A stretch of 64,000 nucleotides of DNA from Octopus sinensis (GCF_006345805.1 NC_043001.1:15934001-15998000); one strand, 5' to 3'; positions 23,969 through 38,699 are shown, counted from the stretch's first letter. The notes: generated by a model not told the origin, from the letters alone. Numbers and translations: made by a program.

Positions 23969-24337
23969 GTTACTCTCTTTTACTCTTTTACTCTTTTACT
24001 TGTTTCAGTCATTTGACTGCAGCCATGCTGGAGCACCGTCTTTAGTCGAGCAAATCGACCCCAGGGCTTATTCTTTGTAAGCCTAGTACTTATTCTGTCG
24101 GTCTCTTTTGCCGAACCGCTTAAGTTACAGGAGCGTAAACACAGCAGCATCGTAAACACAGCAGTATATACATATATACGACGGGCTTCTTTCAGTTTCC
24201 GTCTACCAAATCCACTCACAAGGCTTTGGTCAGCCCGAGGCTATAGTAGAAGATACTTGCCCAAGGTGCCATGCAGTGGGACTGAATCCAGAACCATGTG
24301 GTTGGTAAGTAAGCTACTTACCACACAGCCACTCCTT
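23969..24337 (-). mobile_element. SINE family A
   Basis: Matches the family A pattern. Confidence 0.93.
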
Positions 24338-24344
24338 CGCCCAT

Positions 24345-24715
24345 TAGTTACTCTAGTTAGTTACTCCACATTACTCCCGGAGGAGCATAGGATCACAACT
24401 GTTTTATGCCACTGGACGCCATCTTGGGCCATCTCTTTGATTTCAAACCGAGAGAGATCGATTGCTTTCGTTTCATCCTCCGCACATCCTTTCCGAGTCT
24501 TCCTTAGGTCGTCCAATTTTCCTCTTTCCCTCAAGTCACCAGTCTAACATTTGTCTAGTAATGCTGTTGCAGCCCCATTTGTTTCTCAGAATTTCTTCAT
24601 TGATGGAAGTTGTTTCGTTCTATCCCACAGACTTCTGTTTGAAATTTTGTCCGGTCACCACATGATGAAGATGCTGTGCTGACATTTGTTGACGAAAGTC
24701 TGTAGATTACTCTCT
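24345..24715 (-). mobile_element. RTE-clade LINE 3' fragment, degraded
   Basis: Frameshifted reading resembles ...EGKRKIGRPKE...AEDETKAIDLS...EMAQDGVQWHKTVVILCSSG; ends in a (TAAC)-like tail. Confidence 0.7.
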
Positions 24716-25207
24716 AAAGAATATTCTGCATATCCTCTGCTGCTCGAATGACATTAGGAATGTGAATCATATATGATGTACGAACACCAGGGAAAAATGT
24801 CCCGTGTAGAAAACGTGATACACAGGACAGGTTAAGTGTGTGCTTAACACAAAAATGACTTGCTTCTTCATTATACTCAGTCGATTGTGGTCATATTCAT
24901 GATGTAGCTGGGCCTATTCTCCACACTGATACAAAGTTCGAACATCTCAGGTGGCAATTCGCATCTTTTGTTGGGCGCTCAGAATCGAACCCTTCATTAA
25001 GAGCTGGGCAATCACTCGGTTTTGCCCCGTTCCCGTTATAACATAGGGTCAGGCCCAAACTAAGACTCAAAGAGGCCCTAAGCACTTAAAAAATTTTGGT
25101 GACCCCCTCACATATATATAATTCAAAATATAAACAATAATAAACCATAGAATAAATCTTTATTTTTCAAAATGAATCAAAACTGAACGTAAGATGGAAA
25201 ATAATGT

Positions 25208-25552
25208 TTATTATCTCTGCCTTAGCGAAGGCAGAGGTATTGTTTTCAGTCGTGTTTGTTTGTTTGTCCGTGGACAAGATATCTCAAGAACTGCTTGATG
25301 GATTCGAATGAAACTTTCAGGGATGTCTGGCCTCATAACTGGTACAAACTGATTAGATGTTGGGATCGATACGATACCGGACAAGGATTCAAGATTATTT
25401 CTCCTGTTTTTTTACTTAATTTTTGAGAGCGGTCGAGTTCATTTTTAGTATTCTCATTTGTGAGAGCAGTCGAGTTTAATTCAGATATTCTCATTTTAAA
25501 AATCATCTCCGGCTAATCGATGAGAGGAGGTTGGTGTTGCCTTGGTGGAGGG
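25208..25552 (+). mobile_element. Helentron-associated non-autonomous element (HINE/DINE-like)
   Basis: 5' hairpin CTCTGCC-TTAGCGAA-GGCAGAG, then a (GTTT)n/GTCC microsatellite and a 3' GCCTTGGTGGAGG sub-terminal match. Confidence 0.65.
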
Positions 25553-26018
25553 AAGCAAACGTCTTACTACACACCCACCCCTGCACCTGTCTCTACAAAA
25601 ACGATATACTTAAAATTTCCTGCTCGGTCCATCGTGTTTAGTTTGAGTTACAGATAGACTGAAGAGTTATGCTTTAGTTCTTAAGAAACGCTGAAACTCT
25701 GACGATTTTCAGATGTTGTACTCATTAGCGTACTTGCTTACGTAACGAGTACAGTGTGGTCGTAATAAGCACAAACCTTACGAACAAACAAGGACGTTTC
25801 AACACGGTTGTTCGACATGCTGTAAGAAATAGCAACCATTTTTTCCACCCAAAAGGGATGAAGGACTTGTTGAACTTTGGGTGAAATTGGAACTCAGCAC
25901 TTAGAACGCTAAGGGATATAACGAAGGAAATTTAGTTGAATGTGTAAACATTTCAGTTATTAAAAGGAAGATGGAGATGAAGAAATGAAACAGGAAAAAG
26001 CAGCAGCAGCAACAACAA

Positions 26019-26079
<61 letters not shown>

Positions 26080-26790
26080 TAGTAGTAGTAGACGGTAAAT
26101 ATTTTGAAATATTAAAAAATATAACTGAAGACCAAAGAAGGAGAAGAAGAAAAAGAAGAAGAAAATGAAGAAGAAGAAGGAGGAGGAGGAGGAGGTGAAT
26201 GTGATGATGGTCATGCTGATGATGACGATGATGATGAAGAGAGGGAGGCGGGGAGGAGGAGGGGGAGGTGGAGGACCAGGAGAAGAAGAAAGTGACCAAA
26301 CTGTTGCACCTTTGTTCCTAAAACATTAACTGTAAGCCAACGCCGTCAGCACCACCACCACCACCTTCCTCCTCCTCCTCCTCCTCCTCATCATCATTAT
26401 CATCATCATCAGTACGGCGATCATCACAACCACCATCGCCGCCGCCGTCACCACCACCATCACCACCACACCGTCATCTTCTTCGTCATCGCCATCATCA
26501 TCGGCGTGGTCATCGTCATCGTCACCATCATCATCATCATCGTTATCGTTGTCATCGTCAACACCATGCATGAATATCCACGAACATGCTTCGCCTGTAA
26601 TATTTTTTGACTGTTACAAGAAATCTACCAAAAACGAAAAAAAAAAAAGAAAACGAAGAATTCTTCGTCCACTTAACACACCCCGTCCCCACCTACAACA
26701 AAAACAACAAAAAAATTAATAACTAACAAAAACATAAAAATAAAAAGTAAAAGACGAACAAAATATTCAAAAAGTGTAAAGAATATATAC

Positions 26791-26910
26791 CCCTCCCCAC
26801 AAAAAAAAAGTGCACAAACAATCCAAAATGAACGCAAAAAACACTCCTCTGTTCGCCGCCATTTTGACACTTAGGGAAAAAAACCGCTTCTGACGTAAGC
26901 ACTGACGTCA
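26791..26910 (-). promoter_or_regulatory. Candidate promoter and first coding exon (two CRE sites plus YY1-type AAAATGGCGGCG)
   Basis: TGACGTAA at 26891 and TGACGTCA at 26903; ATG at 26862-26860; 24 codons MAANRGVFFAFILDCLCTFFLWGG, then a possible donor GTATAT. Confidence 0.4.
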
Positions 26911-27199
26911 TAAACATTTTGAAAACATGTTGAAGCGAGACACAATTGACCCGACCACCTGTAAAGGTTAGGCACTGATGATTTGGGATGGTGGCGGACA
27001 CGTTGGTGCAGTGCGGAGCGAATGGGAGTGGTGAGAGGTAATGGAGGTGAGCTGAACTACATAACTGACCACTTTGGTCTGGTCACTTGTGGTCAGTGTT
27101 GTAGGGTTTCAAAAATAGACTGAATGACTTTCATGACATCAACGTTGTCCACTTAAGGAATCAAGTGCTACATCAAGCTACTTTAAAAAAAGTTTTGCC

Positions 27200-27730
27200 T
27201 GTATGCATGTATGCATGTATGTATGTATGTATGTATGTATGTAGTATGTATGTATGTATGTATGTATGTATGTATGTACGTACGTAAGTATGTATGTATG
27301 TATGTATGTATACATGTATGTATGTATGTATGTATGTATGTGTGTGTGTGTGTATGTATGTGTGTATGCACGTATGTGTGTATGTATGTATGTATGTATG
27401 TATGTATGTATACATGTATGTATGTATGTATGTATGTATGTATGATGTATGTATGTATGTATGGATGTACGTAAATATGTATGTACGTATGTATGTATAC
27501 ATGTATGTATGTATGTATGTATACATGTATGTATGTATGTATGTATGTATGTGTGTGTGTGTATGTATGTGTGTATGCACGTATGTGTGTATGTATGTAT
27601 GTATGTATGCATGTATGTATACATGTATGTATGTATGTATGTATGTATGTATGTATGTATGTATGGATGTACGTAAATATGTATGTACGTATGTATGTAT
27701 ACATTCATGCATGCATGTATGCATGTATGT
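27200..27730. repeat. (TATG)n array with higher-order period of about 200-210 bp
   Basis: Diagnostic interruptions recur: tgtatgcacgtatgtgtg near 27363 and 27573; ggatgtacgtaaatatg near 27464 and 27665. Confidence 0.9.
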
Positions 27731-27932
27731 GTATTATGTATGCATTGTATGTATGCATGAATGGATGAATGTATTTATGCATGTGTTGCAAGGATGTATG
27801 TATGTATGTATGTATGTATATATATATATACATATACGTATATACATATATTTTTATATATGTACATATATATATATATACGCATATATATATATATATA
27901 TGCATATTTATATATGTATATATAAATACATT

Positions 27933-27966
<34 letters not shown>

Positions 27967-27994
27967 CATATATACATACATACATTTATATGTG

Positions 27995-28041
<47 letters not shown>

Positions 28042-28289
28042 TATATAAATAATATTAAAATATTGGAGTCAACAAAAAGGAGTACGGTTGGACATTTATT
28101 TTTCAATCACTAGAAGTGTTTCCACACAACGTAGTTCTCGAGGTGTGCAAGTACTTGATTATGCAAACGCTTCCCTGCATTATGAGACCTAGTTGTGTTT
28201 CCTCAGGCGATATGTAAATATTGTCTCTGTAGTTGGACACTACTAAGTTCTTAGCTGAATATACTATAACTATATATATTTATTTCAGA

Positions 28290-28655
28290 AGGGCTAAACA
28301 TAGAGGCAACAAACAAGGAGAGACAAGGGGATTAAGTCGATTACATCGACCTCAGTGCGTAACTGGTACTTATTTAATCGACCAAAAGAATAAAAGGCAG
28401 AGTCGACCTCGGTGGAAATTGAACTTAGAACGTAAAGACAGACGAAATACCTATTTTTTTACTACCAACGAAGAGGACAAACGAGGACAGACAAAGGGAT
28501 TAAGTCGATTATATCGATCCCAGTGCGTAACTGGTACTTACTTAATCGACCCCGAAAGGATGAAAGGCAAAGTCGACCTCGGCGGAATTTGAACTCAGAA
28601 CGTAACGGCAGACGAAATACCGCTAGGCATTTCGTCCGGCGTGCTAACGATTCTG
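28290..28655 (-). mobile_element. SINE family B dimer
   Basis: Same junction at 28451/28452. Confidence 0.88.
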
Positions 28656-28694
28656 CCACTTCACCGCCTTATATCTTCTATCACTTTCTCTCTA

Positions 28695-28731
<37 letters not shown>

Positions 28732-28740
28732 GTCTCTGTC

Positions 28741-28800
<60 letters not shown>

Positions 28801-29254
28801 TAGAAGATATATACACACACATACACGCACAAGCATACATATACATACATTAAAAGATAAATGTGAAGGTGGTTGGCCTAGTGGTTAGAGTGTTGCACTT
28901 AGGATTGCAGAATAGTGGTTTCGATTCCTAGTGTGTTGTGTGTGTGATTTTATTTTTCATCCTCAATATAAATGAAGATATTTCCTTCGGTTTGCTGTTT
29001 TTCTTTCTACCATATGAGAAGATATGTTGCAGAACTTATTTTAACGAGCTGTATTTAATTATCACCCGATGAAACACATCCACACCACCGGATGCCCCTG
29101 AACTAGTTGTTCAGTTTCCCATACGTGAGGGATCGATGCTAGCTGTGTCGAAACAACTGTCGTTGTTAATAATAAAAATTCTCGTATATTCCATCATCCG
29201 TCTTTCGTTTACCACACACACACACACAACACACACACACACACACACACATAC

Positions 29255-29329
<75 letters not shown>

Positions 29330-29445
29330 GTAAATGTTATATGTGGAGCTATATTTGTAGTAAATAGGAATAAGCGGTCTTTGACTGCTATTTCTAAATT
29401 TTCGGTATGTGGCTATGTGGCTAAGCAACTTGTTGCTTAACTCTA

Positions 29446-29494
<49 letters not shown>

Positions 29495-29719
29495 ACTGTG
29501 ATGAGCGCAATTCTATATTGTTTGTTCACTACGTACATTTTACCATAGTTGTTATTTTCCATAAAGTGTTCCCCTGACGAACTGTTATGGTTCAGCCTCC
29601 AATCGCACTTGGAACATCCTATGCAGAGGCTGCAGATTACTACAATGATGAAACGTGTGTAGGCAAAAAGTGTTAAAAACTTGTGTTTTTCATAATTTAC
29701 CCCCGTATCAACTCTGTCT

Positions 29720-29945
29720 TTATTTCATGTTGCTCCAGTTCACTGATCTGGAAAAATGAGTTGCGACATCTCTGGTGCCAAGCTGCATCGGCCTTTACCT
29801 TTCTCTTGCATGATATCGGTGATGTGGTATGCATAGATAAATGCTGGTCTTCCAGAAATAACCTCTCCTGGACTTGTGCCTCGGAGGGTGAATTTCGAGC
29901 CGCATTCCCATGGTCATTCATGACCGAAGTTAGTCTTTTACCGTT
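29720..29945 (+). mobile_element. SINE family D, core and tail
   Basis: TTATTTCATGTTGCTCCAG...GGTGCCAAGCTG...GGACTTGTGCC matches the reverse complement of 44790-45000. Confidence 0.75.
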
Positions 29946-31009
29946 GCCTTTAACAGCTCTGTATATCATAACCAGTAATACCGCTAAAAATCTAAGTAGC
30001 CTAAAAACTGTACAAGAAATAGACAGGATGATGACACTCTAAGTTGGAGCTCTAAAACTTACCAGTAATAATTGTACACACAAGAAATACCATATCTATA
30101 TCTATATCTATATATATACATATATACATATACAAGTCAGTAAATGGTGGGGTTGTGTTAACCGCACGTGGAGAAATGATAGAATGCTAAATTGAAAGTA
30201 AATTTTAATAAAACTGGGTGTATGAAAAATTAAAAAAGGAAAATATATAAATATATATCTATATATATATATTCACTGGGACAATTACATGTGTGTGTGT
30301 GTGTCTATATATATATATTTAATTTTTCATAAACCCATTTTTATTAAAATTTACTTTCAATTTAGCATTCTGCCTTATTATAATTTTTCCTCTCCTACAC
30401 ACACACACACACACACACACACGCATATATATATAAATATATATGAGGATATTATTGTTTAGAATAATATCAATGGCTTAATATGCGTAAAAAGACCCAT
30501 AACAGTAAAAATAATTATCAGTTAATAATTAAGGGTACTAACAAGTAGTTTGGTTATTTTGACAGCTATATTTAGCATGCCGGTACTGCTTGCTAGTACC
30601 CTTAATCATTAATTGATATATATACATATACGAGCAAAACGCCCCCCCCCGTCCAATGGACGGTGCTGAGTTGTCAAACATTTAAACCAAATTTTCTCAA
30701 AACAACTTGTCCGACCGTCCCATAGGCCTCCCCTTTGAGAAATACTGATTTAACCTAAATTTGAGACACCAGCAAAAGAAGAAATAAAGATAGACTTCAA
30801 TTATAAAACACCTTCACGAGGTAAGAAAAGTGTGTAAAGTTGGTCAGTGGATCCCTCATCATCTTACTAATTCTCAGGTTAATCAAAGTGTTGACTTCTG
30901 TCAATGAAAAAAAGTATTGCCGCCAAAGCTTTTCTGGGCAGGTGTAATGAAAAGTTTGTCCTTTATTTCCATATCCAACATAAATGACAATGGTTATCAC
31001 CCAAAGAAA

Positions 31010-31335
31010 AAGGAAAAACCAATCATAAAGCAGGACAACATCTGAATGAAGTTATGCTCTGTGTTTTGTGAGATATGAAAAGAGTCGTCTATCGTGAAGT
31101 GTTAAAAGCAAAAAAGAAACAGTTAATGCGGAGCAGTATTGTCGTTATTTGGAAGCGTTGCACGAAAATTCGTAGAAAAAGCGCTCATCATTGGTCAATC
31201 GTAAAAGAATGTTGCTCTTACACGATAATGCTCTCACGATAATGTCATTGAGAAAAAGATTATTGCTCTAAATATGGAAATCTTACCCCATTCTCATTTT
31301 CCTGACCTTGTTCCATTTGACTATTTTCTTTGCAA
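31010..31335 (+). mobile_element. Degraded mariner transposase catalytic-domain fragment
   Basis: Pieces read VMLCVL, VNAEQYCRYL, LVNRKRMLLLHDNA and EILPHSHFPDLVPFDYFL. Confidence 0.8.
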
Positions 31336-31962
31336 AATTATTTGGATGGGAAACAGTTTATTAGTTGGGAAATTTGACTGGCGACTATTGCTGCTGCCAC
31401 CTACAGTTGGTTTCGGAGTAAGAAAGGGAGAGAAAGAGAGTGTACTAAGAAAGTGAAGGGAGGTGAAGTTTCCCTTGAAGGGGCTTATGATTTTTAATTT
31501 TTGCCTTATTATTATGAGATATATTTTTCTTATGAATGGTTATTAATTGTGAAGCGGTTAAAATGATATCGAGTGTTGCTTTGTTTCAAAACCAGAAAAA
31601 TAAACAATTTACTAAATAGACAGGATTATTTTGTTATTAGTTATAAAAGAAAATATGTCGATATAATCTATCAATTAAGACCAAAGAATCATTTGGTTCT
31701 TTCCTATTTTGAAATGCAAAAAGATATTCGTTCTAACCTAATACATATCGTTTAGATGTATACACACATTTTACATAAATTAGCACACACACACACAGAC
31801 AGACAGACATACACACGCACGCACACATACACACACGTACGCACGCACATACACACTCACACAAGTACACGCACACTCGAACTTTTAGAGACACTCCCAC
31901 ACATACTCTTAGGCCTCTGTATGTCCGAGCATGTTACCAATTAGAATCACACACTCACACAG

Positions 31963-32056
<94 letters not shown>

Positions 32057-32643
32057 ACACACACGTATAATCATGCTCTGATACACACTCCCACGCACAT
32101 CGTTGGCCCCACATACACACACACACACATACCCATTGATATGCATGTCTAACTTGGAGTGCTCTAGCGTGTATATTGCCAATTAGGAAGAGAGAGACAA
32201 GCAGAACAAAATAGCAACAACAACATGCAACCAGAAGAATCGCTGTTAATGATTGGTTGAAAACGTGTGACGTAATTATGGAGAGTTGTTTATGTTATAT
32301 CTGTCGAAACGTAATTTCCTTCGGTTTGTATGGTGATGTTGCTGTTGTTGTTGTTGTTGTTGATTGTATTGTAGTTGTAGTTGCACGAGAACAGAGAAAA
32401 AGTAGATTTTAATTAAACAAGTATATAATATGTGTGTGTATGTTTTTATGCGTATGCATGCATATACATATACATGTATTTATACACTCATACACGCACA
32501 TATACACACACATAATTTTTTTATTGAAACTGAATCTCTGAGTTTGAGTCGTGACTCAAATTTCACGCTGCTGTGAAAAAAAGAAGCATATACTCTAGAG
32601 CATGTATTGAGTACTCCTGTCTCATTTGTCCGGCATAAACCAA

Positions 32644-32685
<42 letters not shown>

Positions 32686-32910
32686 GAAATAAGGTACTCA
32701 GAAATCTGGATAGTTTTATATTTACAGATTTTTATTAATGTCACATGTTTTTAAAATCATATATTAGCGCTTGCATCTACTCTAGTAGAATCTCCAGACT
32801 TGACAGTCACATCTGGAGAGTCTAGTAGTACCTTATATAATATATAATATATAATACTTGTACATCACTCCAAACCTTCTAATATATTACTATATTATAT
32901 ATATATATAT

Positions 32911-32962
<52 letters not shown>

Positions 32963-33244
32963 GTGTGTTGTGTGTGGTGTGTGTGTGATTGTGTGTGTCT
33001 GTGCATGTATGTATGTATATGTGTGTGCGTGTGCACGTCTGTGAGGATTTTGGGGGTCAATGTAGCCAACCCCCTGCTTCAAAATTGTTAGCTTTGTTAG
33101 CTTTGTGTCAAAATCGAAAGAATGATTACATTTAACTTTTGGGTTGGAAGCTGGTAGAACCTTTAGAATGTTGGAAAAGAAATGCTTTCTAGTTCTTGTC
33201 CTGCTTTTTTACGTTCTGATTTCAATTGCCGCTGGAGTCTCTGC

Positions 33245-33477
33245 GGCGAACTAGCAGAAACGTTAGCACGCCGGGCGAAATGCGTAGCTGTATTTCGTCT
33301 GCCGTTAAGTTTCGAGTTCAAATTCTGCCGAGGTCGACTTTGCCTTTCCTCCTTTCGGGCTCGATAAATTAAGTACCAGTTACGCACCGGGGTCGATGTA
33401 ATCGACTTAATCCGTTTGTCTATCCTTGTTTGTCCCCACTGTGCTTAGCCCCTTGTGGGTAGTAAAGAAATAGGTAT
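33245..33477 (+). mobile_element. SINE family B with the start of a second unit
   Basis: Ends GTAAAGAAATA|GGTAT. Confidence 0.9.
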
Positions 33478-33880
33478 AGTCTTTACCTCTCTGGGGTCGA
33501 TACAATGAAGGCCAGTTAAGTACTCGGACCGATGGTATCGATTATTCACTGTCATTCAAAGTTGTTGGACTTGTGCTAGTATCAACTTTGTCTTTCATCC
33601 GTCCGGGATCGGTGAAATTAAGTACACGTGAAGGACCTTGGACGATGGTATCTGCTACCACTCCACCTCTCAAAATTGCAGGCCTTGTGCCAAAAACGGA
33701 AGCCATTATTGTGCTCAAATCTATGTATTGAGTACTTTCTCCTAATGTTTGCATTTAACAAAGGATGTGTGTGTGTTTGTGTTTGCATTAGAGTGCGTGT
33801 GTTGGTGAGAATGTGAAGGGGGGGGAGCAGGGTTTGGTGAGTGAGGGAGTGAGATAAAATGAAAGAGGGTAGTAGAGCGC

Positions 33881-33918
<38 letters not shown>

Positions 33919-34084
33919 AAAACAAGGGCAATTACATCCCCTTCAGGTCCCCACCTAAACCAAAGCAAATATTAAGGGAACAGCAAATTTGATCCAACGA
34001 GAAGAAAGTACAGAAGAAATAGAAAGAGAAAGCAATAAATAAAATACACAGAGACAAACACACGCACGGGTTTATATGCGTTCA

Positions 34085-34812
34085 CACACGAATACATACA
34101 TACATACATACATACATACATACATACATGCATACATACATACATACATACATACATACATACATACACACATACATACATACATACATACATACATACA
34201 CACATACATACATACATACATACATACATACATACAACATACATACAACACATACATACATACATACATACATACATACATACACACACATACATACATA
34301 CATACATACATACATACATACATACACACATACACACACATTACATACAACACATACATACATACATACATAATACATACATACATACATGTAAAAACAC
34401 ACCATACACACACATACCTAATACATACATACATACATACATACATACTACATACATACACACACACACACACATACATACATACATACATATATACATA
34501 CATACACACACATACACACACACATACATACATACACACATACACACACATACATACATACATACATACATACATACATACACACACATACATACATATA
34601 TACATACATACATACATATAAGTGCGTGCGTGTATGTGTATGTATATACATATATGTGTGTGTATATATGTATATACACACACATATATATATATACATA
34701 TACATATACACACACACATCAATATGTATATATAATATTTATATATATATGCATGCACATACATACATGCATGCCAACAAACATTCATACATGTATGGAT
34801 GGAATGTATATG

Positions 34813-34869
<57 letters not shown>

Positions 34870-34880
34870 TAGAGAGATAC

Positions 34881-34914
<34 letters not shown>

Positions 34915-34980
34915 GTACAGACATGCATACATACATACATGTAAACAGATGCATGTGTATACACACACACACGCATATAT
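34085..34980. repeat. (CATA)n/(CA)n/(TA)n compound microsatellite
   Basis: Directly visible. Confidence 0.97.
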
Positions 34981-35439
34981 ACACTTTCTTACGCGTACGC
35001 ATATACATACCTGAGCTCATTTCTCTAAACACACATATCCATATACGCATAGAAGCACACTTTTGCATTCAAACATATACACACACGCGGAAAGTGCAAA
35101 ATGACAACAACAAAAAAAGAAAAGAAGAACGCACAGACTTAGGTGCGTGGTGGAGGCGGTGGAGGAGGGTAGAAATATTGAGGGAAGGACGGTGCGGTGC
35201 TCCGGGTGGGCGGGTGGGTGTGAAGGATGTTTAGAAAATTCCCTTGAAGGAATCTATCATAGCTGAAAGATTTTAATACCGAGACATTCGAGAAATTTCC
35301 TTTGACAAATAGTATCGAAATTGTTGCCGAGAAGGAAGGAATGGCTCGGGGGGGGGGGGGGGTTTAGGCTGGTGTTGGGGGAGTAGGGGGGAGACGGCGA
35401 GGGAGCGAGTGGTGCGTGCGTGCATGCGTTTGTGTGTGC

Positions 35440-35477
<38 letters not shown>

Positions 35478-35771
35478 TGGTTATGTTTGTATGTGCATAT
35501 GTACGTCTGTTTCTGTGTACTTTTCATGGTGAAAGAGGCTTAGCATAGAACATACATAGATGACTATATATATATATATATTCTAGAATATATATATATA
35601 TAATATATATATATATTATATATACACACACATATATATATATTATATAATAATTATATATATACACACACATATATATATATACAAACATATTTTCACT
35701 TGTCTATATATGTTTGCATAAGTATATATATATATATCTAATATATTATATATATATTATATTATATATAT

Positions 35772-35809
<38 letters not shown>

Positions 35810-36104
35810 TATAATATATATATTATATACATATATATATATATGCATGTATATAATGTATGTATATTTATTGTATGGTAGGTAATGTGTTTTGCCGCTA
35901 TTTCGATGGTCGTTTGGCCTTCGTGTTTCATTTCCCATAGCATACCAGTCAAAGGTGAATAGCAAACTAACTCTTTCGAGCATCACCTCTTCATATTTAC
36001 ACCCGATATGTCCCACAGGAATGTCACATCTCTCTACATACCCCGTTTTTCGTCTGTGCATGTACGAACGCATGTATGTATGTATGTATGTATGTATGTA
36101 TATG

Positions 36105-36476
36105 TATTCTTTTATTCTTTCATTTGTTTTAATCTCTGGCCATGCTGGAGCACCGCCTTTAGTCGAACAAATTCGACACCAGGACTTGGTCTTCGTAAGG
36201 ACTTAGTCGACGTTATCTTTTGCCGAACCGCTAGATTATGGGGACGTAAACACACCAACGTCGGCTGTCAATTGATAGTGGTGATAAAAATACAGACGCT
36301 CAAACATATACGCACACACACACACATGACTGGCATGTTTCTGTTTCCGTCTACCAAATCCACTCACAAGGCTTTGGTTGGCCTGAGGCTATAGTAGAAG
36401 ACACTTGCCCAAGGTGCTACGAGTGGGACTGAACCCGGAACCATGTGGTTGGTAAACAAGCTACTTACCACACAGT
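36105..36476 (-). mobile_element. SINE family A
   Basis: Matches the family A pattern. Confidence 0.9.
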
Positions 36477-37246
36477 CACATATAATATATTTGTGTGTAT
36501 ATATGTATATCTATATTTACCGTATATATTCCTACATAGCTTACATAAGTAAACATGGACACACACATACACACATATATATATATACACACACAAATCT
36601 TATAATATATATGTACATACATTCATGCATACAGACACACACACACCACACACACACACCATATGCACATACTCTTATACACACAGAAAATCATAAACGT
36701 ATATGTGCATGTATGCTTATTTATACACACACCCACCCACCCACATATATATACAAACATACACATATATATGCATACATACATATCTATCTAGACTTAT
36801 ATATATATATATACACACACACATGTAATTGTCTCAGTGTGTGTGCGTATACATGCATACATACATACATACATACATGCATATATATACACACACGCGC
36901 ATAGACACTTAGATAAATGCATATGTCTGTCTGCATATGTTTATATATATATATATACACACACGCATACAACTGACAAACGGAAAAAAGTAGATATGCG
37001 ATAAAACAGCTGTTACTCAGTTTCTGCGCCTATTTACAGAAGTGGCCAGCCATACATGACCTTCAATGTGTGGCCAACCTGCTTTCTTCGTTTTCACTTA
37101 TTCTTTTTATCGGCCAGCATAGTCGCCCATCCAGCCAACCAGCCAACCAGCAATCCATTCATTTATCCGCCAGGCGTCTGTCCGTCCGTCCGTCCGTCCA
37201 ATCGTCCGCCAATCCGTCCATCCGTCTGTCTGCCTGTCTGTCTTTT

Positions 37247-37314
<68 letters not shown>

Positions 37315-37317
37315 GTC

Positions 37318-37712
37318 TATACTCTTTTACTCTCTTTTACTTGTTTCAGTCATTTGACTGCGGCCATGCTGGAGCACCGCCTTTAGTCGAGCAAATCGAC
37401 ACCGGGACTTATTCTTTGTAAGCCCAGTACTTATTCTATCGGTCTCTTTTGCCGAACCGCTAAGTGACGGGGACGTAAACACACCAGCATCGGTTGTCAA
37501 ACAATGCTAGGGGTGCAAACACAGACACACAAACACACACATATATATATATACATATATACGACGGGCTTCTTTCAGTTTCCGTCTACCAAATTCACTC
37601 ACAAGGCTTTGGTTGGCTCGAGACTATAGTAGAAGACACTTGCCCAAGGTGCCACGCAGTGGGAATGAACCCGGAACCATGTGGTTGGTAAGCAAGCTAC
37701 TTACCACACAGC
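37318..37712 (-). mobile_element. SINE family A
   Basis: Matches the family A pattern. Confidence 0.95.
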
Positions 37713-37893
37713 CACTCTTGCGCCTATCTACCTATCTATCTATCTATCTATCTATCTATTTATTTATCTCTCTCTCTCTCCCTTTTTCTATCTCTACCTA
37801 TCTACCTACCTACCTGCCTGTCTGTCTGTCTGTCTGTGTATGTATGTATGTATGTATGTATGTATGTATGTATGTATGTATGTATGTATTATG

Positions 37894-37958
<65 letters not shown>

Positions 37959-38087
37959 GTCTGTCTATCTTCGTTTCCAACTCGCATCTCTACACCGATA
38001 ACTATTACAGACAAGTCGGACGGCTGCTTGTGTGAGTGAGGAGGAGAGAAGACGTTAGCGCTGCAGATATGCGAAGAGGAGACAAAT

Positions 38088-38109
38088 ATGGACGACGCGG
38101 ACCGGGAGT
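38088..38109 (+). CDS. Candidate first coding exon MDDADRE (phase 1); product unknown
   Basis: ACAAAT-ATG GAC GAC GCG GAC CGG GAG T|GTAAGT in a CpG-rich island, with CACGTG boxes downstream. Confidence 0.3.
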
Positions 38110-38699
38110 GTAAGTGTGAGGAAGTGTGACGACGAAAAAAAACAAAAAAAAAACCCCAAAAAAACCCCCAAAAAAAGAACACGTGAGCAAAGTGGCACGT
38201 GACCGCCTGAAATATCTCCTGTCCATAGCGATGAGTAATGAAGTGTTGGGTGAAATGACGGGTGGAAAAACTGTTGAAGACTGTATCTTTTCTACGTTGC
38301 TTCTTTTACATTCTGGCCATTCCACGAATTGTTCTTCGCTTTCAACTGCAGTCGGAGCTTGTCATACCAGGAATTATAACAATTCCTCTTCCTCTTTCTC
38401 GAACACCCCACACATGTTCTTGCAGATTCCAAGCGAGCTGGGAAGGACAGCACCCGAATCCATATGGCAGCGGTGGTAATTTATGGAATTGGTAGCATTG
38501 GTATTAATAATATATATATTTTAGTAGTACTATTTTTATTGCCAAGTTTTCCGTACACTACGAAGCACATAGTTCTGTGTGATACCATTTCGTGAAGTTC
38601 CCCACCGAATTGGTATTCAACGGGTTTGTTTTTATGCGTGCAGGACCTAATATTATTTTCTATATATTACGGGTATCTTGTGACACAGGATTTATTGTT

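Noticed and set aside
28100-28212. Hammerhead look-alike on the minus strand (CTGAGGA, ACACAAC/GTTGTGT, GAAACAC)
   Set aside because: No stem I and no U at 16.1; may be a decayed relic but is not supportable.
29095-29165. AGTTGT-T...GAAACAACT, resembling the permuted motif
   Set aside because: No CUGANGA segment or stem I partner nearby.
29570-29665. CTGACGA and GAAACGTGTGTA motifs
   Set aside because: Could not be assembled into consistent stems.
36965-37022. CTGACAA...TAAAACAGCTGT-T
   Set aside because: Two core mismatches and no stem I.
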